From a virus: a stretch of DNA of 64,000 bases. The DNA is taken from positions 1 through 64,000 of the IMG/VR virus record IMGVR_UViG_3300034101_003866; one strand, 5' to 3'. Shown here piece by piece: positions 48,786 through 58,552 of this stretch (position 1 is the stretch's first letter; each line of letters starts with the position of its first letter). Position numbers and translations under genes: made by a program. The notes under the pieces were generated by a model, which was given only the letters and a program-made list of their open reading frames with translations, was not told where the DNA came from and searched no databases.

Positions 48786-50041
48786 TGTATGACGCAGTTA
48801 ATGCTCCGGGTAACTGCGGAACTGTCAATAATGATCCTCCACAATACACTATTCGTCAATCAGCAATTGGAGGAGACGATATAAAGATAACTGTCGAACC
48901 ATTTACTCGAATAATATCATCAACAGCATCGTCTTACGTTTTATATGACGCTAATCTCATAAATAATACCAGTACGCTCACAGTTACGGACCACCTCGTG
49001 TCTGTATCAAAAACAAATAATATCTCAGATATTGACATATATAGTTTAAATACTAATGTAGTAAATACTATTAGTTCTTATAATGGAGGTACGATGGTTG
49101 CCTCTGGAGTTAATACTGGCTCCACATCAATAGTTGCTAGCGGAATTAATTTAATAAATAATTTTAGTATTGCTGATGTACAAATCACAAGGATTGGTGG
49201 ACAATCCATAACTTCTTTTTCTTCGTATTTAAATGGAACACTTGGTAAGCACTGTAGTGATGCTATAGATACTAGGATAGTAGGGAAAAATTCATTAACT
49301 ACAAAACCCATTTTTACTACGCAAAATCATTCAAATTCCACATATGTTAGGAATACTAATTGTTGGGCTTATGATTTAGATTTAACTTGCATAAGTCCTT
49401 GGAATACAACTGGAGCAAATACTATGGCTGGAACTTTGATCAGCCCATGTCATATTGTTTTTGCAACGCATTTCCAGATCGATACTGGAGCTAAAATTAG
49501 ATTTATTACTAATAATAATGTTGTTATAGAAAGAACAATGATTGATAAAATTGATATAGCTAATGATATCACATTAGGTATTTTAGATAGCGACGTTCCA
49601 GGCACCATATCTTTTGCAAAAATTTTACCGAGCAATTGGTCAAACTATTTGCCAAACTTATGGGGAAATAGTGCTCATCCGACCAATAACAGCACATTAT
49701 GCAAAGTGCCTATACTTTGTCTTGATCAAGAAGAGAAAGCATTAGTACATGATATGAATATTGGAGGAGGAAATTGCGGATGGAGAGCTCCGATTGCAGG
49801 TGATAGATTGTCTTTTTATGAGCCTATAGTTCTTTATGATAGTGGGAATCCATGTTTTCTAATTGTGAACAATTCATTAGTTTTAATGTCAACATATTCA
49901 TATTCAGTTAGTGGTCCGTTTTATCCTGCATATATAACCTCGATCAACACTGGTATGAATACGCTTTGGACAAGAAATGGAAAATCAGGAAGCTCTTATT
50001 CTATCACAACAGTAGATTTAACTGGATTCACATCATTTTAA
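48782..50041 (+). CDS. virion-type protein with a C-terminal trypsin-like domain
   Basis: GTLISPCHIVFATH, DITLG, YDSGNP; ATGA overlap with the fibre gene. Confidence 0.65.
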   Translation: MMYDAVNAPGNCGTVNNDPPQYTIRQSAIGGDDIKITVEPFTRIISSTASSYVLYDANLINNTSTLTVTDHLVSVSKTNNISDIDIYSLNTNVVNTISSYNGGTMVASGVNTGSTSIVASGINLINNFSIADVQITRIGGQSITSFSSYLNGTLGKHCSDAIDTRIVGKNSLTTKPIFTTQNHSNSTYVRNTNCWAYDLDLTCISPWNTTGANTMAGTLISPCHIVFATHFQIDTGAKIRFITNNNVVIERTMIDKIDIANDITLGILDSDVPGTISFAKILPSNWSNYLPNLWGNSAHPTNNSTLCKVPILCLDQEEKALVHDMNIGGGNCGWRAPIAGDRLSFYEPIVLYDSGNPCFLIVNNSLVLMSTYSYSVSGPFYPAYITSINTGMNTLWTRNGKSGSSYSITTVDLTGFTSF

Positions 50042-50089
50042 TACAAATAGCACTATGGTGTATATTTAATATAACATGGAGAAATTATA

Positions 50090-50416
50090 ATGATTAAACC
50101 TGGTTATAGAACAAGCGAATTTTGGTTTACGTTAGTAAGTTTCATTTTTAGTGGAGCGTATTTATTTGGAGTATTAGATGATTTTAATCATAAAGAAGAT
50201 CTAATACAAGAAACAAGCAAAGGAGTAGAAGCTGTAATACTAATTATTGGTCAATTAACATTATTATTTAGATATGTAAAAGGAAGAACAGATCTTAAAA
50301 AGACTTGGTGGGATACAGCAACACCAGAAGAGAGAAAAACAGCCGTTAGAAGCAAATCTACTAAATCCAAAGCCAAAAAGAAAATTAAAAAGCCAATTCA
50401 GCCCAAAGTAGAGTAG
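50090..50416 (+). CDS. holin-like membrane protein
   Basis: KPGYRTSEFW N-terminus, two hydrophobic segments, very basic C-terminal tail. Confidence 0.55.
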   Translation: MIKPGYRTSEFWFTLVSFIFSGAYLFGVLDDFNHKEDLIQETSKGVEAVILIIGQLTLLFRYVKGRTDLKKTWWDTATPEERKTAVRSKSTKSKAKKKIKKPIQPKVE

Positions 50417-50472
50417 ACAGGGTTTCTGGGTGTATTATAATATATAGGGCGTTTTCAAAAAGGACATTTTTT

Positions 50473-50916
50473 ATGGTAGAAGCAGCTTCAATAGACTCGA
50501 TAAAAATTAAAATGGATGAATTCATGACACAGGTTAAAATCTCTTTAGGAGAGGTTAAATCTGTAGCCATATCTCAAGCATGGAAAATTCTACAACTTGC
50601 TGTTGCTCAAACGGTACAGGTATTAGAGCAGAACGCTAATAATTTGGCTGGTCCAGATAAAAAAGCTATGGCTATGGACTATCTATCAAAATTTTATGAT
50701 AGTGTTTTTACCGTTGTTGACGTTCCTATGATCCCAAACTTCATTCAACCAATTATTCGTCAATACGTAAAAGTATTTCTGATGGCACTAGTCAGTTCTA
50801 GTATTGATGCTATGGTCACCACATTCAGACAAGTTGGAGTCTTTAAAACACAGCCGTTAGTTTCACAATCTATCAAGTCTAACCCCAAAGTTAAAAGAGT
50901 GAGGAAAAAGAAATGA
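50473..50916 (+). CDS. hypothetical helical protein
   Basis: AGGA RBS; GPDKKAMA motif; basic tail. Confidence 0.65.
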   Translation: MVEAASIDSIKIKMDEFMTQVKISLGEVKSVAISQAWKILQLAVAQTVQVLEQNANNLAGPDKKAMAMDYLSKFYDSVFTVVDVPMIPNFIQPIIRQYVKVFLMALVSSSIDAMVTTFRQVGVFKTQPLVSQSIKSNPKVKRVRKKK

Positions 50917-51296
50917 ATTACACAGAAAGTTTTGAGCAATTTGCTAGCAGAGTCACGCCAACCGATTTAGCCCTATATGCTGGGGCTGGAATTATTCTAT
51001 GGATTCTATTCAAGGATAAACTAAGTCCAGTACAAAAATTCTTAGGAGACTTGGTTGGTGGTCTAAAGTCAAAACTAAATAATGGAGCATCAGTTGTTCC
51101 AGTTGTTGTTCCAGATGTTTCTCCTGTTGAAGTATCTAAAGAGACCAAAGAAGATAATTTTTTCAAGTTAGTTGTTTCTTGGAAACAAACCAGAGATTTA
51201 GCAGTTAAAAGCGGATGCGAAGAAGCCGTTAAGGTTGCTGATCAAATGTTTCCATTCTTAAGCCCCACCGTTTGCTCAAAGGAAAAAAGTGTATGA
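50913..51296 (+). CDS. membrane protein
   Basis: TM LALYAGAGIILWILF; ATGA coupling. Confidence 0.65.
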   Translation: MNYTESFEQFASRVTPTDLALYAGAGIILWILFKDKLSPVQKFLGDLVGGLKSKLNNGASVVPVVVPDVSPVEVSKETKEDNFFKLVVSWKQTRDLAVKSGCEEAVKVADQMFPFLSPTVCSKEKSV

Positions 51297-51790
51297 ATCC
51301 CAAACTTAAAACAGGTCTTTTAATACTTGCTCTTGCATTATTAGGAATTGGCATACTAAAACCAGATCTTGGCTTTAATAATCCAGTATCTCCATCTGCT
51401 GTTGTTGAGTTGGACGTTAAGGAACCAGAATCAGTAGAACTTAAAGAAAAAGCAGACGCTGTTATAAAAGCATTATCTGTTGATTCTGATCGTAAAACTG
51501 ATGGTTTGAGATTAGCTTATTTATATAATGATATGGCAACATTAGTTGGTCTTGATGGAGATAGTGAGGTGATTAAGAATACTGAAGAAATTAGACAAGC
51601 TAACAGACTAGCTGGTTTAATGTTAAGACTAGATATTAAGGGCAAATATGAAGACCTACCAGAAGCTGCTCAAGCATTAGTATTAACAGCAATTGGTGAT
51701 GACAATGTTTTATTAAATAAAGACCTTAGAGCTAAAGCTGTTGATGGTTTGAAAGCTTTATCCTGGGCCTGTTTACAAGGAAGCAAATAA
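51293..51790 (+). CDS. membrane-anchored/exported hypothetical protein
   Basis: N-terminal GLLILALALLGIGIL; ATGA coupling. Confidence 0.7.
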   Translation: MNPKLKTGLLILALALLGIGILKPDLGFNNPVSPSAVVELDVKEPESVELKEKADAVIKALSVDSDRKTDGLRLAYLYNDMATLVGLDGDSEVIKNTEEIRQANRLAGLMLRLDIKGKYEDLPEAAQALVLTAIGDDNVLLNKDLRAKAVDGLKALSWACLQGSK

Positions 51791-52716
51791 TGCCAAGACT
51801 TTCACCACAAGAATTATATGATAATTATCGCAAGGGCTTTAGTGGATGCTTGTGGGAGCAGCACATATTTGATGAATTGATGCAAAATAGCAAATATCCA
51901 TTATTTGGTAGTGCTAGTAAAAAAATTAAGAGTAGTGGTAAGGGCAAATTATCAACTCCATATAAGAGTGTGTTAAAGTTTGACAAAAACCCTTATAATG
52001 AAAGACAAACTACTGGAGATTGTGTGAGTCATGGAACACGAAATGCTTGTGATGTTAGTAGAGCTGTCGAAATAGATGTTCATGGAGAAAAAGAAGCTTG
52101 GATAGCAAGAGGAGCAACAGAAGCTATTTATGGTGCTCGTGGTCATGGTGGAGAAGGAATGAGTTGCTCTAGGGCTGCTGAATTTGTTAGTAAGAATGGT
52201 GGCATACTACTAAGACAAAATTATAAGGGGGTAGCCGACTTTACTAAATATAATGGTAATCTAGGAGCCGGTTGGGGAGGACGAGGATTACCAGATAAGG
52301 TTATTGATGCAGCTAATGATCATCAAATTAAAACAACCAGTTTAATAAAAACAGTAGAAGAAGCACGAGATGCTTTAGCTAATGGTTATGGTTTAGCCGT
52401 ATGCTCTAATTATGGATTTTCTAATAAGAGAGACAAGAAGGGCATTGCAAATACTAGCGGAAGCTGGGGCCATTGTATGGCTTGGATAGCATGTGACGAT
52501 ACCGGAAGCGAACCATTATTCTTAGTTCAAAATAGTTGGGGCAAATGGAATGACGGTGGTCATCCAGAATGGGGCCCCATACCAGACGGCAGTTTTTTAA
52601 TACGAGCCGACGTAGCAGCAGGGATGCTTTCACAAAATGGAAGTTATGCGTTTAGTAATTTTGACGGATTCCCTGTTCAAAAGCTACCATCTTACGGTTT
52701 TGAAGACTATCTATAA
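51790..52716 (+). CDS. papain-like (C1) cysteine peptidase
   Basis: QTTGDCVSHG (Gln/Cys), WGHCM (His), VQNSWG (Asn). Confidence 0.85.
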   Translation: MPRLSPQELYDNYRKGFSGCLWEQHIFDELMQNSKYPLFGSASKKIKSSGKGKLSTPYKSVLKFDKNPYNERQTTGDCVSHGTRNACDVSRAVEIDVHGEKEAWIARGATEAIYGARGHGGEGMSCSRAAEFVSKNGGILLRQNYKGVADFTKYNGNLGAGWGGRGLPDKVIDAANDHQIKTTSLIKTVEEARDALANGYGLAVCSNYGFSNKRDKKGIANTSGSWGHCMAWIACDDTGSEPLFLVQNSWGKWNDGGHPEWGPIPDGSFLIRADVAAGMLSQNGSYAFSNFDGFPVQKLPSYGFEDYL

Positions 52717-52779
52717 TATAGCGGTCTAAAAGCTAACCTTAAGTTTGGTGTATTATATTTATACCTTTAGGGTTATGTT

Positions 52780-52974
52780 ATGAAACTATTAGATAGAATT
52801 GCTTTAAATAATCTATTACGAATAATAAGAGAACTTATTATACGAATGGTTGAATTTTTTGAAAAAGAAAATAAGCCAGTCAAACCAGTACCAAAACCAA
52901 GTCCAAATAGACCTCGCCCTTTGAAAAATATTATAGACTTGATACCTGTTCCATGGAGAACAAAAGATGAATAA
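52780..52974 (+). CDS. small Pro-rich hypothetical protein
   Basis: GGTGTA motif upstream; coupled to the next ORF. Confidence 0.6.
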   Translation: MKLLDRIALNNLLRIIRELIIRMVEFFEKENKPVKPVPKPSPNRPRPLKNIIDLIPVPWRTKDE

Positions 52975-53314
52975 AATATTATTACCAATTTTAGCAGTTG
53001 CTATGATATTTGGGTCATATGGATATCATGGGTCAACAACTTCCGCAGTAACTCTTGTGGGGGGAATTGTTAAGGCTCAACATACTGAAAGTGTGAAAAA
53101 ATACAAAAGAAAAGACTGTCCAATATGCAAAGGCAAAGGATACTATATTAGTGGTGACGGTATTGAAAAAGTTAACTGCGGATATTGTATTCCTGATAAG
53201 AGTGACACTCCAAAAAACCAATTACCAAACACATATCCAAAAGTTATTACTCATCCTCCAGTAACTATTCAACAAAATTGCCCAAATGGCGTTTGTCCAA
53301 TTCCTAAAAAATAA
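52967..53314 (+). CDS. exported Cys-rich protein
   Basis: signal-like N-terminus; CPICKGKG...GDG...CGYC; C-terminal CPNGVCP. Confidence 0.7.
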   Translation: MNKILLPILAVAMIFGSYGYHGSTTSAVTLVGGIVKAQHTESVKKYKRKDCPICKGKGYYISGDGIEKVNCGYCIPDKSDTPKNQLPNTYPKVITHPPVTIQQNCPNGVCPIPKK

Positions 53315-53325
53315 AGGTATAAAAA

Positions 53326-53724
53326 ATGGACGATAATCTCAGAGAAAAATTAAAAGCTATCGCAGAAAAAGTGTTAAAACAAGCCAATGTGCCAAATGAT
53401 GAAAAATTTGGTAGTGTTATTGCTATACTAATGATGATTAGTATAATACTTACAGTAATTAGAGTATTACAAGAATGCAATAAAAATAAAACACAAGGCA
53501 TGACATCAGAAAACAAACAATCACTCTATGCTGAAAATATTAAATCTTATAGTAAAAAACGAGGTTGGTTTACTAGACTAAGAATAAAAAGAATTCTTAA
53601 AAGAGAACTGACCTCAGAAGAATATAATAAATACGGCATTAAATTAACAGAAGCATTGTTAGATATAGGAGAAACCCTCAAGGATGATGAAGTCGCAACT
53701 CTAATGGAGGCAGCAAATGTTTAG
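53326..53724 (+). CDS. membrane protein
   Basis: TM VIAILMMISIILTVI followed by a basic domain. Confidence 0.7.
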   Translation: MDDNLREKLKAIAEKVLKQANVPNDEKFGSVIAILMMISIILTVIRVLQECNKNKTQGMTSENKQSLYAENIKSYSKKRGWFTRLRIKRILKRELTSEEYNKYGIKLTEALLDIGETLKDDEVATLMEAANV

Positions 53725-53971
53725 TATATTAATCTGGTGTGTATATGGTATTTTTGTTGGCGGTATAGCAAAAGCTATAGTTCCTGGAGAAGAAAATTTT
53801 GGTTTTGTTAAGACAGTAGCACTAGGAGTATGTGGCTCCTATATGGGTGGCGCACTATTATACTTACTGGGTAAGTATGAATCGGTGTCTCCTGCTGGAT
53901 TGTTCATGGGAGTCGCCGGTGCTGTTTTAGCATTGGTGCTTTATAACAAACTACAATCATCATCAAAATAA
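53717..53971 (+). CDS. GlsB/YeaQ/YmgE (transglycosylase-associated) membrane protein
   Basis: GIFVGGIAKAIVPG...LGVCGSYMGG...GVAGAVLAL; GGAGG RBS. Confidence 0.85.
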   Translation: MFSILIWCVYGIFVGGIAKAIVPGEENFGFVKTVALGVCGSYMGGALLYLLGKYESVSPAGLFMGVAGAVLALVLYNKLQSSSK

Positions 53972-54056
53972 ACTAGCAATAGTTTTATATCTATATCATA
54001 CAGATTTATGGCCAGAGTTTAAAGACTTATTAAGTCGTTTAGACCTGAATTATACT

Positions 54057-56720
54057 TTGTATTTGGGATTATGTAAAGACAATGATAATTCCGAAATCTT
54101 AAATGATCTTAACTCTTTAAAGTGCCAAACTAAAGTTAGTTATCATGAAAATTATGGAGCAGATATAGCTCCTTTTTTATCTCAGCTTCATGATATAAAA
54201 GAGTCTCTTTTTATTAAAATCCATGGTAAAAAAACCAATATAGGAACTCATAACCATGTGAATTGGAGATCTGTTTTATTAAACGATTTGATTGGTGGCC
54301 CAGATATAATAAATTCAAATGTCTTAGCGTTTGAAGATGAATCAGTCGGTATGATATCCCCAAGACCTTTCATATGGTCCAACTTAGAGGGATCGAACTC
54401 CTCCAAGATACAGAAACTATGTTTAGAACTGAATATAGATTATAACTTAGTTAAAGATGGAAATTTTGTTGCTGGATGTATGTTTATGTCCAGGACAAAA
54501 ATTTTTAAAAGTATTTTTACTAAAAAGAAAATAATAAACATATTAAAACTACTTACTGAAGAAATCAACAAAGTAGAAGATATAGTTACTGGAACATATT
54601 CACATTCTCTTGAAAGAATTTTTGGTTATATTATTAAATTTAAAAACTTAACTATTAGTAATAATATTATAGATAATTATATCTTAATTAAGAACACAGA
54701 CACACAAAAAATATTTCATGCAATAAAACTATATACTAACTTTATTTATCTGCTAGAAGATATGAATGTTTATGGAGAAATATTAAAAGAAACAAATAAT
54801 ACTAAACTAATTCGATGGTATCACTTGAATAGTCCAATAGATCAATCATATGATTTATCGGAAGATGGCTATTTTATTTCCAATGGGAACAATTCCAGTC
54901 TTTTAGATGATTCTAAAATTAATTTTAAGTTTAAAACTCCTAGTAGTATATCGGTATCTATACTTTTATTTTATCCAGAGGAGTTATCTTTAAAATCTAT
55001 TAATAATATATGCTCTATGCTATTTAATAAATGTAATGAGCTAAATCTATTAAAGATAATACTAAATATTAGAAATAATTCATTAAATTATAATTCAGAA
55101 ATTATTAAAAATAATATTTTAAATTTACAAAAATACTATAGTGATTTAAACGATTTAGATGTAGAAATTAATTATTTTGAAAATTTTAACTATGGCTATG
55201 GCCGTGGTCATAATGAAAACTTTAATATTAATTCCAACACAGAATATTTTTTAATCATGAATGACGATATATTATTTCCTAATCTAGATTGGATGAATAG
55301 ATGTTTTAAAGAATTTGATGAACAAGAAAATTTAGCAATTATAGGATCAGAGCAGTCTCCTCAATTTTTAGATAATTTAGCCAACGGAATACTAAGACCT
55401 ATAATCGAAACAAATAATCCAGACTATTCTGAGGGATCGATACTTCTGATAAAATCAGATATTTTTAAACAGATTAATGGATTTGATACTTCTTTAGAAT
55501 ATTGTTATTATGAAGACGTAGATTTATGTTTTAGAGTTAAGCAGCTTGAGTATAAGATTAAAAACATAACTATTAAACATCAGCATTTTAGATCAAGTAG
55601 TTCATCAAAACTTCCAATAATAGCAAGAGAATCCATAAGCGAATTAAATAGAGCAAAATTTTTATCTAAATGGGGTGGATTTATACAAGGAAAAAAAGAA
55701 AATTTATATAATAATATATTAATAAATATAGATTTTGATGGATTTGGTGATATTGTTGACTGTTACTATCCTATTAAACAGCTATTATTGAATAACTTAA
55801 ACAATAATATATATTTATATATTTCATCTAATTTATTTCATTTATATTTGTCTTTAATCTTTTTTCATCCAAATATAACCTTCATAAAAAAAGAAGAAAT
55901 CGATAATATAAATTATGATAGTATATACTCAACAAAAAATTTAAATCTATCTCCACCATATCATACTATGGATATTATTGCATCTAAATTTGGAGTGGTT
56001 GACTTTGATACTGATCCAACGGTCATATGCTCTTATTATAAAGATAAATTAAAACATTCAACAATACTAAAACCAGATAAAAAGTATATTGTTATTCATT
56101 TTGACTCTCAAAGAGCAGGTTTTGAGTCAAGGATGCCCAATCAAGAAATATTAATCCCTATAATTCAAAAATTTAGTAAAGACTATAAATTTATTATTTT
56201 AGGTAAACATCTAGACATATCAAATATTGAATTTGAAAACTTTATATCAATCTTAAAAGACAATAACATTCTTTACGATTATAGAGATTCAGGATCAATA
56301 GAGGATATGTTCATGCTAATTTCAGAATGTTTTATGTTTTTAGGCGTTGACTCAGGGCCAAGTCATATAGCTCAATTATTTAATATTCCCAGCTATATTA
56401 TATATGGCCCAATAAATCCCGCAACTAAAATATATAGATATCACAATTCTGGTTGTTATTATAATTTAAATCATGAGTCTGGTTCTGGAACATATCATAG
56501 ATCATTAAGGCCGTCATATCATTATGACATGAGGAGAGATGAAAATTGTATAAAAGAAATAAATAGTTCTTTTTTGATGGAAGATATTGAAAAATTTATA
56601 TTAAATAATTTTATCTTTGATTGGATTCCTATCTTTGATTCTTTAAGGAGAAATCAGAGAGAGGCACTACTACTACAAATGCATAATCCTCTATATAAAA
56701 ATAAAATTTTAATTAATTAA
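54057..56720 (+). CDS. multidomain glycosyltransferase: RgpF (rhamnan synthesis F)-like + GT2 + GT9-like
   Basis: ENYGADIAPF, KIHGKK, FVAGCMF, HSLER; MNDD, GFD...YYEDVDLCFR; GFGD, GVDSGPSHIA; the true start is probably further upstream. Confidence 0.82.
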   Translation: MYLGLCKDNDNSEILNDLNSLKCQTKVSYHENYGADIAPFLSQLHDIKESLFIKIHGKKTNIGTHNHVNWRSVLLNDLIGGPDIINSNVLAFEDESVGMISPRPFIWSNLEGSNSSKIQKLCLELNIDYNLVKDGNFVAGCMFMSRTKIFKSIFTKKKIINILKLLTEEINKVEDIVTGTYSHSLERIFGYIIKFKNLTISNNIIDNYILIKNTDTQKIFHAIKLYTNFIYLLEDMNVYGEILKETNNTKLIRWYHLNSPIDQSYDLSEDGYFISNGNNSSLLDDSKINFKFKTPSSISVSILLFYPEELSLKSINNICSMLFNKCNELNLLKIILNIRNNSLNYNSEIIKNNILNLQKYYSDLNDLDVEINYFENFNYGYGRGHNENFNINSNTEYFLIMNDDILFPNLDWMNRCFKEFDEQENLAIIGSEQSPQFLDNLANGILRPIIETNNPDYSEGSILLIKSDIFKQINGFDTSLEYCYYEDVDLCFRVKQLEYKIKNITIKHQHFRSSSSSKLPIIARESISELNRAKFLSKWGGFIQGKKENLYNNILINIDFDGFGDIVDCYYPIKQLLLNNLNNNIYLYISSNLFHLYLSLIFFHPNITFIKKEEIDNINYDSIYSTKNLNLSPPYHTMDIIASKFGVVDFDTDPTVICSYYKDKLKHSTILKPDKKYIVIHFDSQRAGFESRMPNQEILIPIIQKFSKDYKFIILGKHLDISNIEFENFISILKDNNILYDYRDSGSIEDMFMLISECFMFLGVDSGPSHIAQLFNIPSYIIYGPINPATKIYRYHNSGCYYNLNHESGSGTYHRSLRPSYHYDMRRDENCIKEINSSFLMEDIEKFILNNFIFDWIPIFDSLRRNQREALLLQMHNPLYKNKILIN

Positions 56721-56721
56721 T

Positions 56722-57498
56722 ATGTCTACTAAAAAAAATAAAATAGAAATCGTTTTATTTATTAAAAACGAAGAAGAATTAATAGAGTCCTCTATTCTAT
56801 ATCACAAGCAGATTACTGATAAAATAACTATAATAGATAATGGATCTACAGATAAAACATTAACTATAATCAGTAAATATTTAAATGATAATATCTCTTT
56901 GATTATAGACAATAGTAGTTTTGACAACAAGGGTAAAATATGCACAAAACAAATTCAAGATTCCAGTGCAGATATTGTAGTTCCATTAGATGCTGATGAG
57001 TTTTTATTATATGATAATGGATTAATAATTAAGGACAGTCCAAAACTTATTAGAGAATATTTACAACAGCTACCAATCAATGGGCACATGTATAAAATTA
57101 ATAAGGTTTATAACAAAATAGAAAATACTAATAATTATTGTATAGATAAAACTTATAATTCTAATAAAATTATTTTTCCAAAATTAGGATTCATTGAAAC
57201 AGACTGTGGATTTCATTTTGGTAAAGTGTCATCAGATGATAGTGATAATAAAACATATAATATAGACATATCATATTTGCATTTTCACTATTTGTCAAAA
57301 GAGCGTTGGTTAAAAAGCTGCCACCAAAAGTTAAAAGCTAGACTACAAGATAAATTTAATAATTTAGAGAGTATCATAGATTTAGCTGGCACAACAAACA
57401 GGTCAAACCACATAGCGAAAGAAATGCTATATTACTTAGCTTCTAATAGATGGCATAGATTAAAACAAGATATTGTATTTGATACTTATAATATATGA
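56722..57498 (+). CDS. GT2-like glycosyltransferase
   Basis: IKNEE, IIDNGSTD, PLDADEF, GFH, LHFH. Confidence 0.82.
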   Translation: MSTKKNKIEIVLFIKNEEELIESSILYHKQITDKITIIDNGSTDKTLTIISKYLNDNISLIIDNSSFDNKGKICTKQIQDSSADIVVPLDADEFLLYDNGLIIKDSPKLIREYLQQLPINGHMYKINKVYNKIENTNNYCIDKTYNSNKIIFPKLGFIETDCGFHFGKVSSDDSDNKTYNIDISYLHFHYLSKERWLKSCHQKLKARLQDKFNNLESIIDLAGTTNRSNHIAKEMLYYLASNRWHRLKQDIVFDTYNI

Positions 57499-58505
57499 CT
57501 AAGATACTCTCAAAACTAGATTATAATAATATTTGGGAATATTATCTAAATCTATATAAAACATGCTCAAATAACAAAGAATTTATTTCTGCAGTAACCG
57601 AAGAAAATAAAATAGTTTTTTCTAATATGGTTAATAATAAAGATATATATATAAAACATAATATTGATTTAGTATCTAGCTTTAAAAATAATTCTTTAAT
57701 TACTGTCCGTTTAGGTGGCGTAGAGAGCAGATTTTTGGTTAATAATTATTTTTTTAAAACTATTCCAATCAATTTTAAAGACAGTCATCATGCAACTGAT
57801 GATTCACAAATGAAATCAAATGCTGGAATGTATTATATTAAAAATACAGATAAAACAATGGTAAATGATTGGTGGATTTTAAACACAATAAATTTATTAA
57901 AAAATAATAAAGTTACATATATGTCGTGTTTCTTGGTCCTTCATTACGATCTATATATTCTTGCCTTATTAGATATAAAAAATAAAGTAATTGACTCTTA
58001 TACTAGACAAAGCGAGTTAATACAATATTTCTATGATAGAAAAATTCTTGTAATATCTAATGGAATAGAAGATATGCATAGATCATATAAATTAGGTTTA
58101 CAAAGACTATACAATATAGATATACATGAAGAAAAATTAAATATATCATTCATAAAGTGTCCTCAAACTACAGTCGGCATGGAAACACCACATAGTAATA
58201 TGATAGAAACAACACAATCTATAATAGATTTAATTGATAAACGATATAATGATTTTGATACAATATTATTTTGCTGTGGAGCATACTCTTCAGTATTAAT
58301 TAATTTATTATCAAAAATATATATTAATAAAAACTTATTATATTTTGGATCAGAACTATATACTATGTTCGGTCTCTATTCTAACGGAATAGATAAGCCA
58401 ACTACTAGATCCGAAATGTTTGTTATAAATAATTTTTTGCCAATAGAACAGCCATGTCCAAAAAACTGTAAAAATATCGATGACGGTAAGTATTGGAAAA
58501 AATGA
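57495..58505 (+). CDS. GT-D-fold-like glycosyltransferase-related protein
   Basis: VRLGGVE, KILVIS, FDTILFCCGAY, FGSELYTMFG, GKYW. Confidence 0.55.
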   Translation: MTKILSKLDYNNIWEYYLNLYKTCSNNKEFISAVTEENKIVFSNMVNNKDIYIKHNIDLVSSFKNNSLITVRLGGVESRFLVNNYFFKTIPINFKDSHHATDDSQMKSNAGMYYIKNTDKTMVNDWWILNTINLLKNNKVTYMSCFLVLHYDLYILALLDIKNKVIDSYTRQSELIQYFYDRKILVISNGIEDMHRSYKLGLQRLYNIDIHEEKLNISFIKCPQTTVGMETPHSNMIETTQSIIDLIDKRYNDFDTILFCCGAYSSVLINLLSKIYINKNLLYFGSELYTMFGLYSNGIDKPTTRSEMFVINNFLPIEQPCPKNCKNIDDGKYWKK

Positions 58506-58518
58506 CATTGGTTGGGTC

Positions 58519-58546
58519 TTGACTTTTTTCGTCTCTTGTTTACAAT
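58519..58546 (+). promoter_or_regulatory. sigma70 promoter, probably giving a leaderless mRNA
   Basis: TTGACT, 16-nt spacer, TACAAT; ATG 7 nt downstream with no SD. Confidence 0.7.
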
Positions 58547-58552
58547 ACCTTC

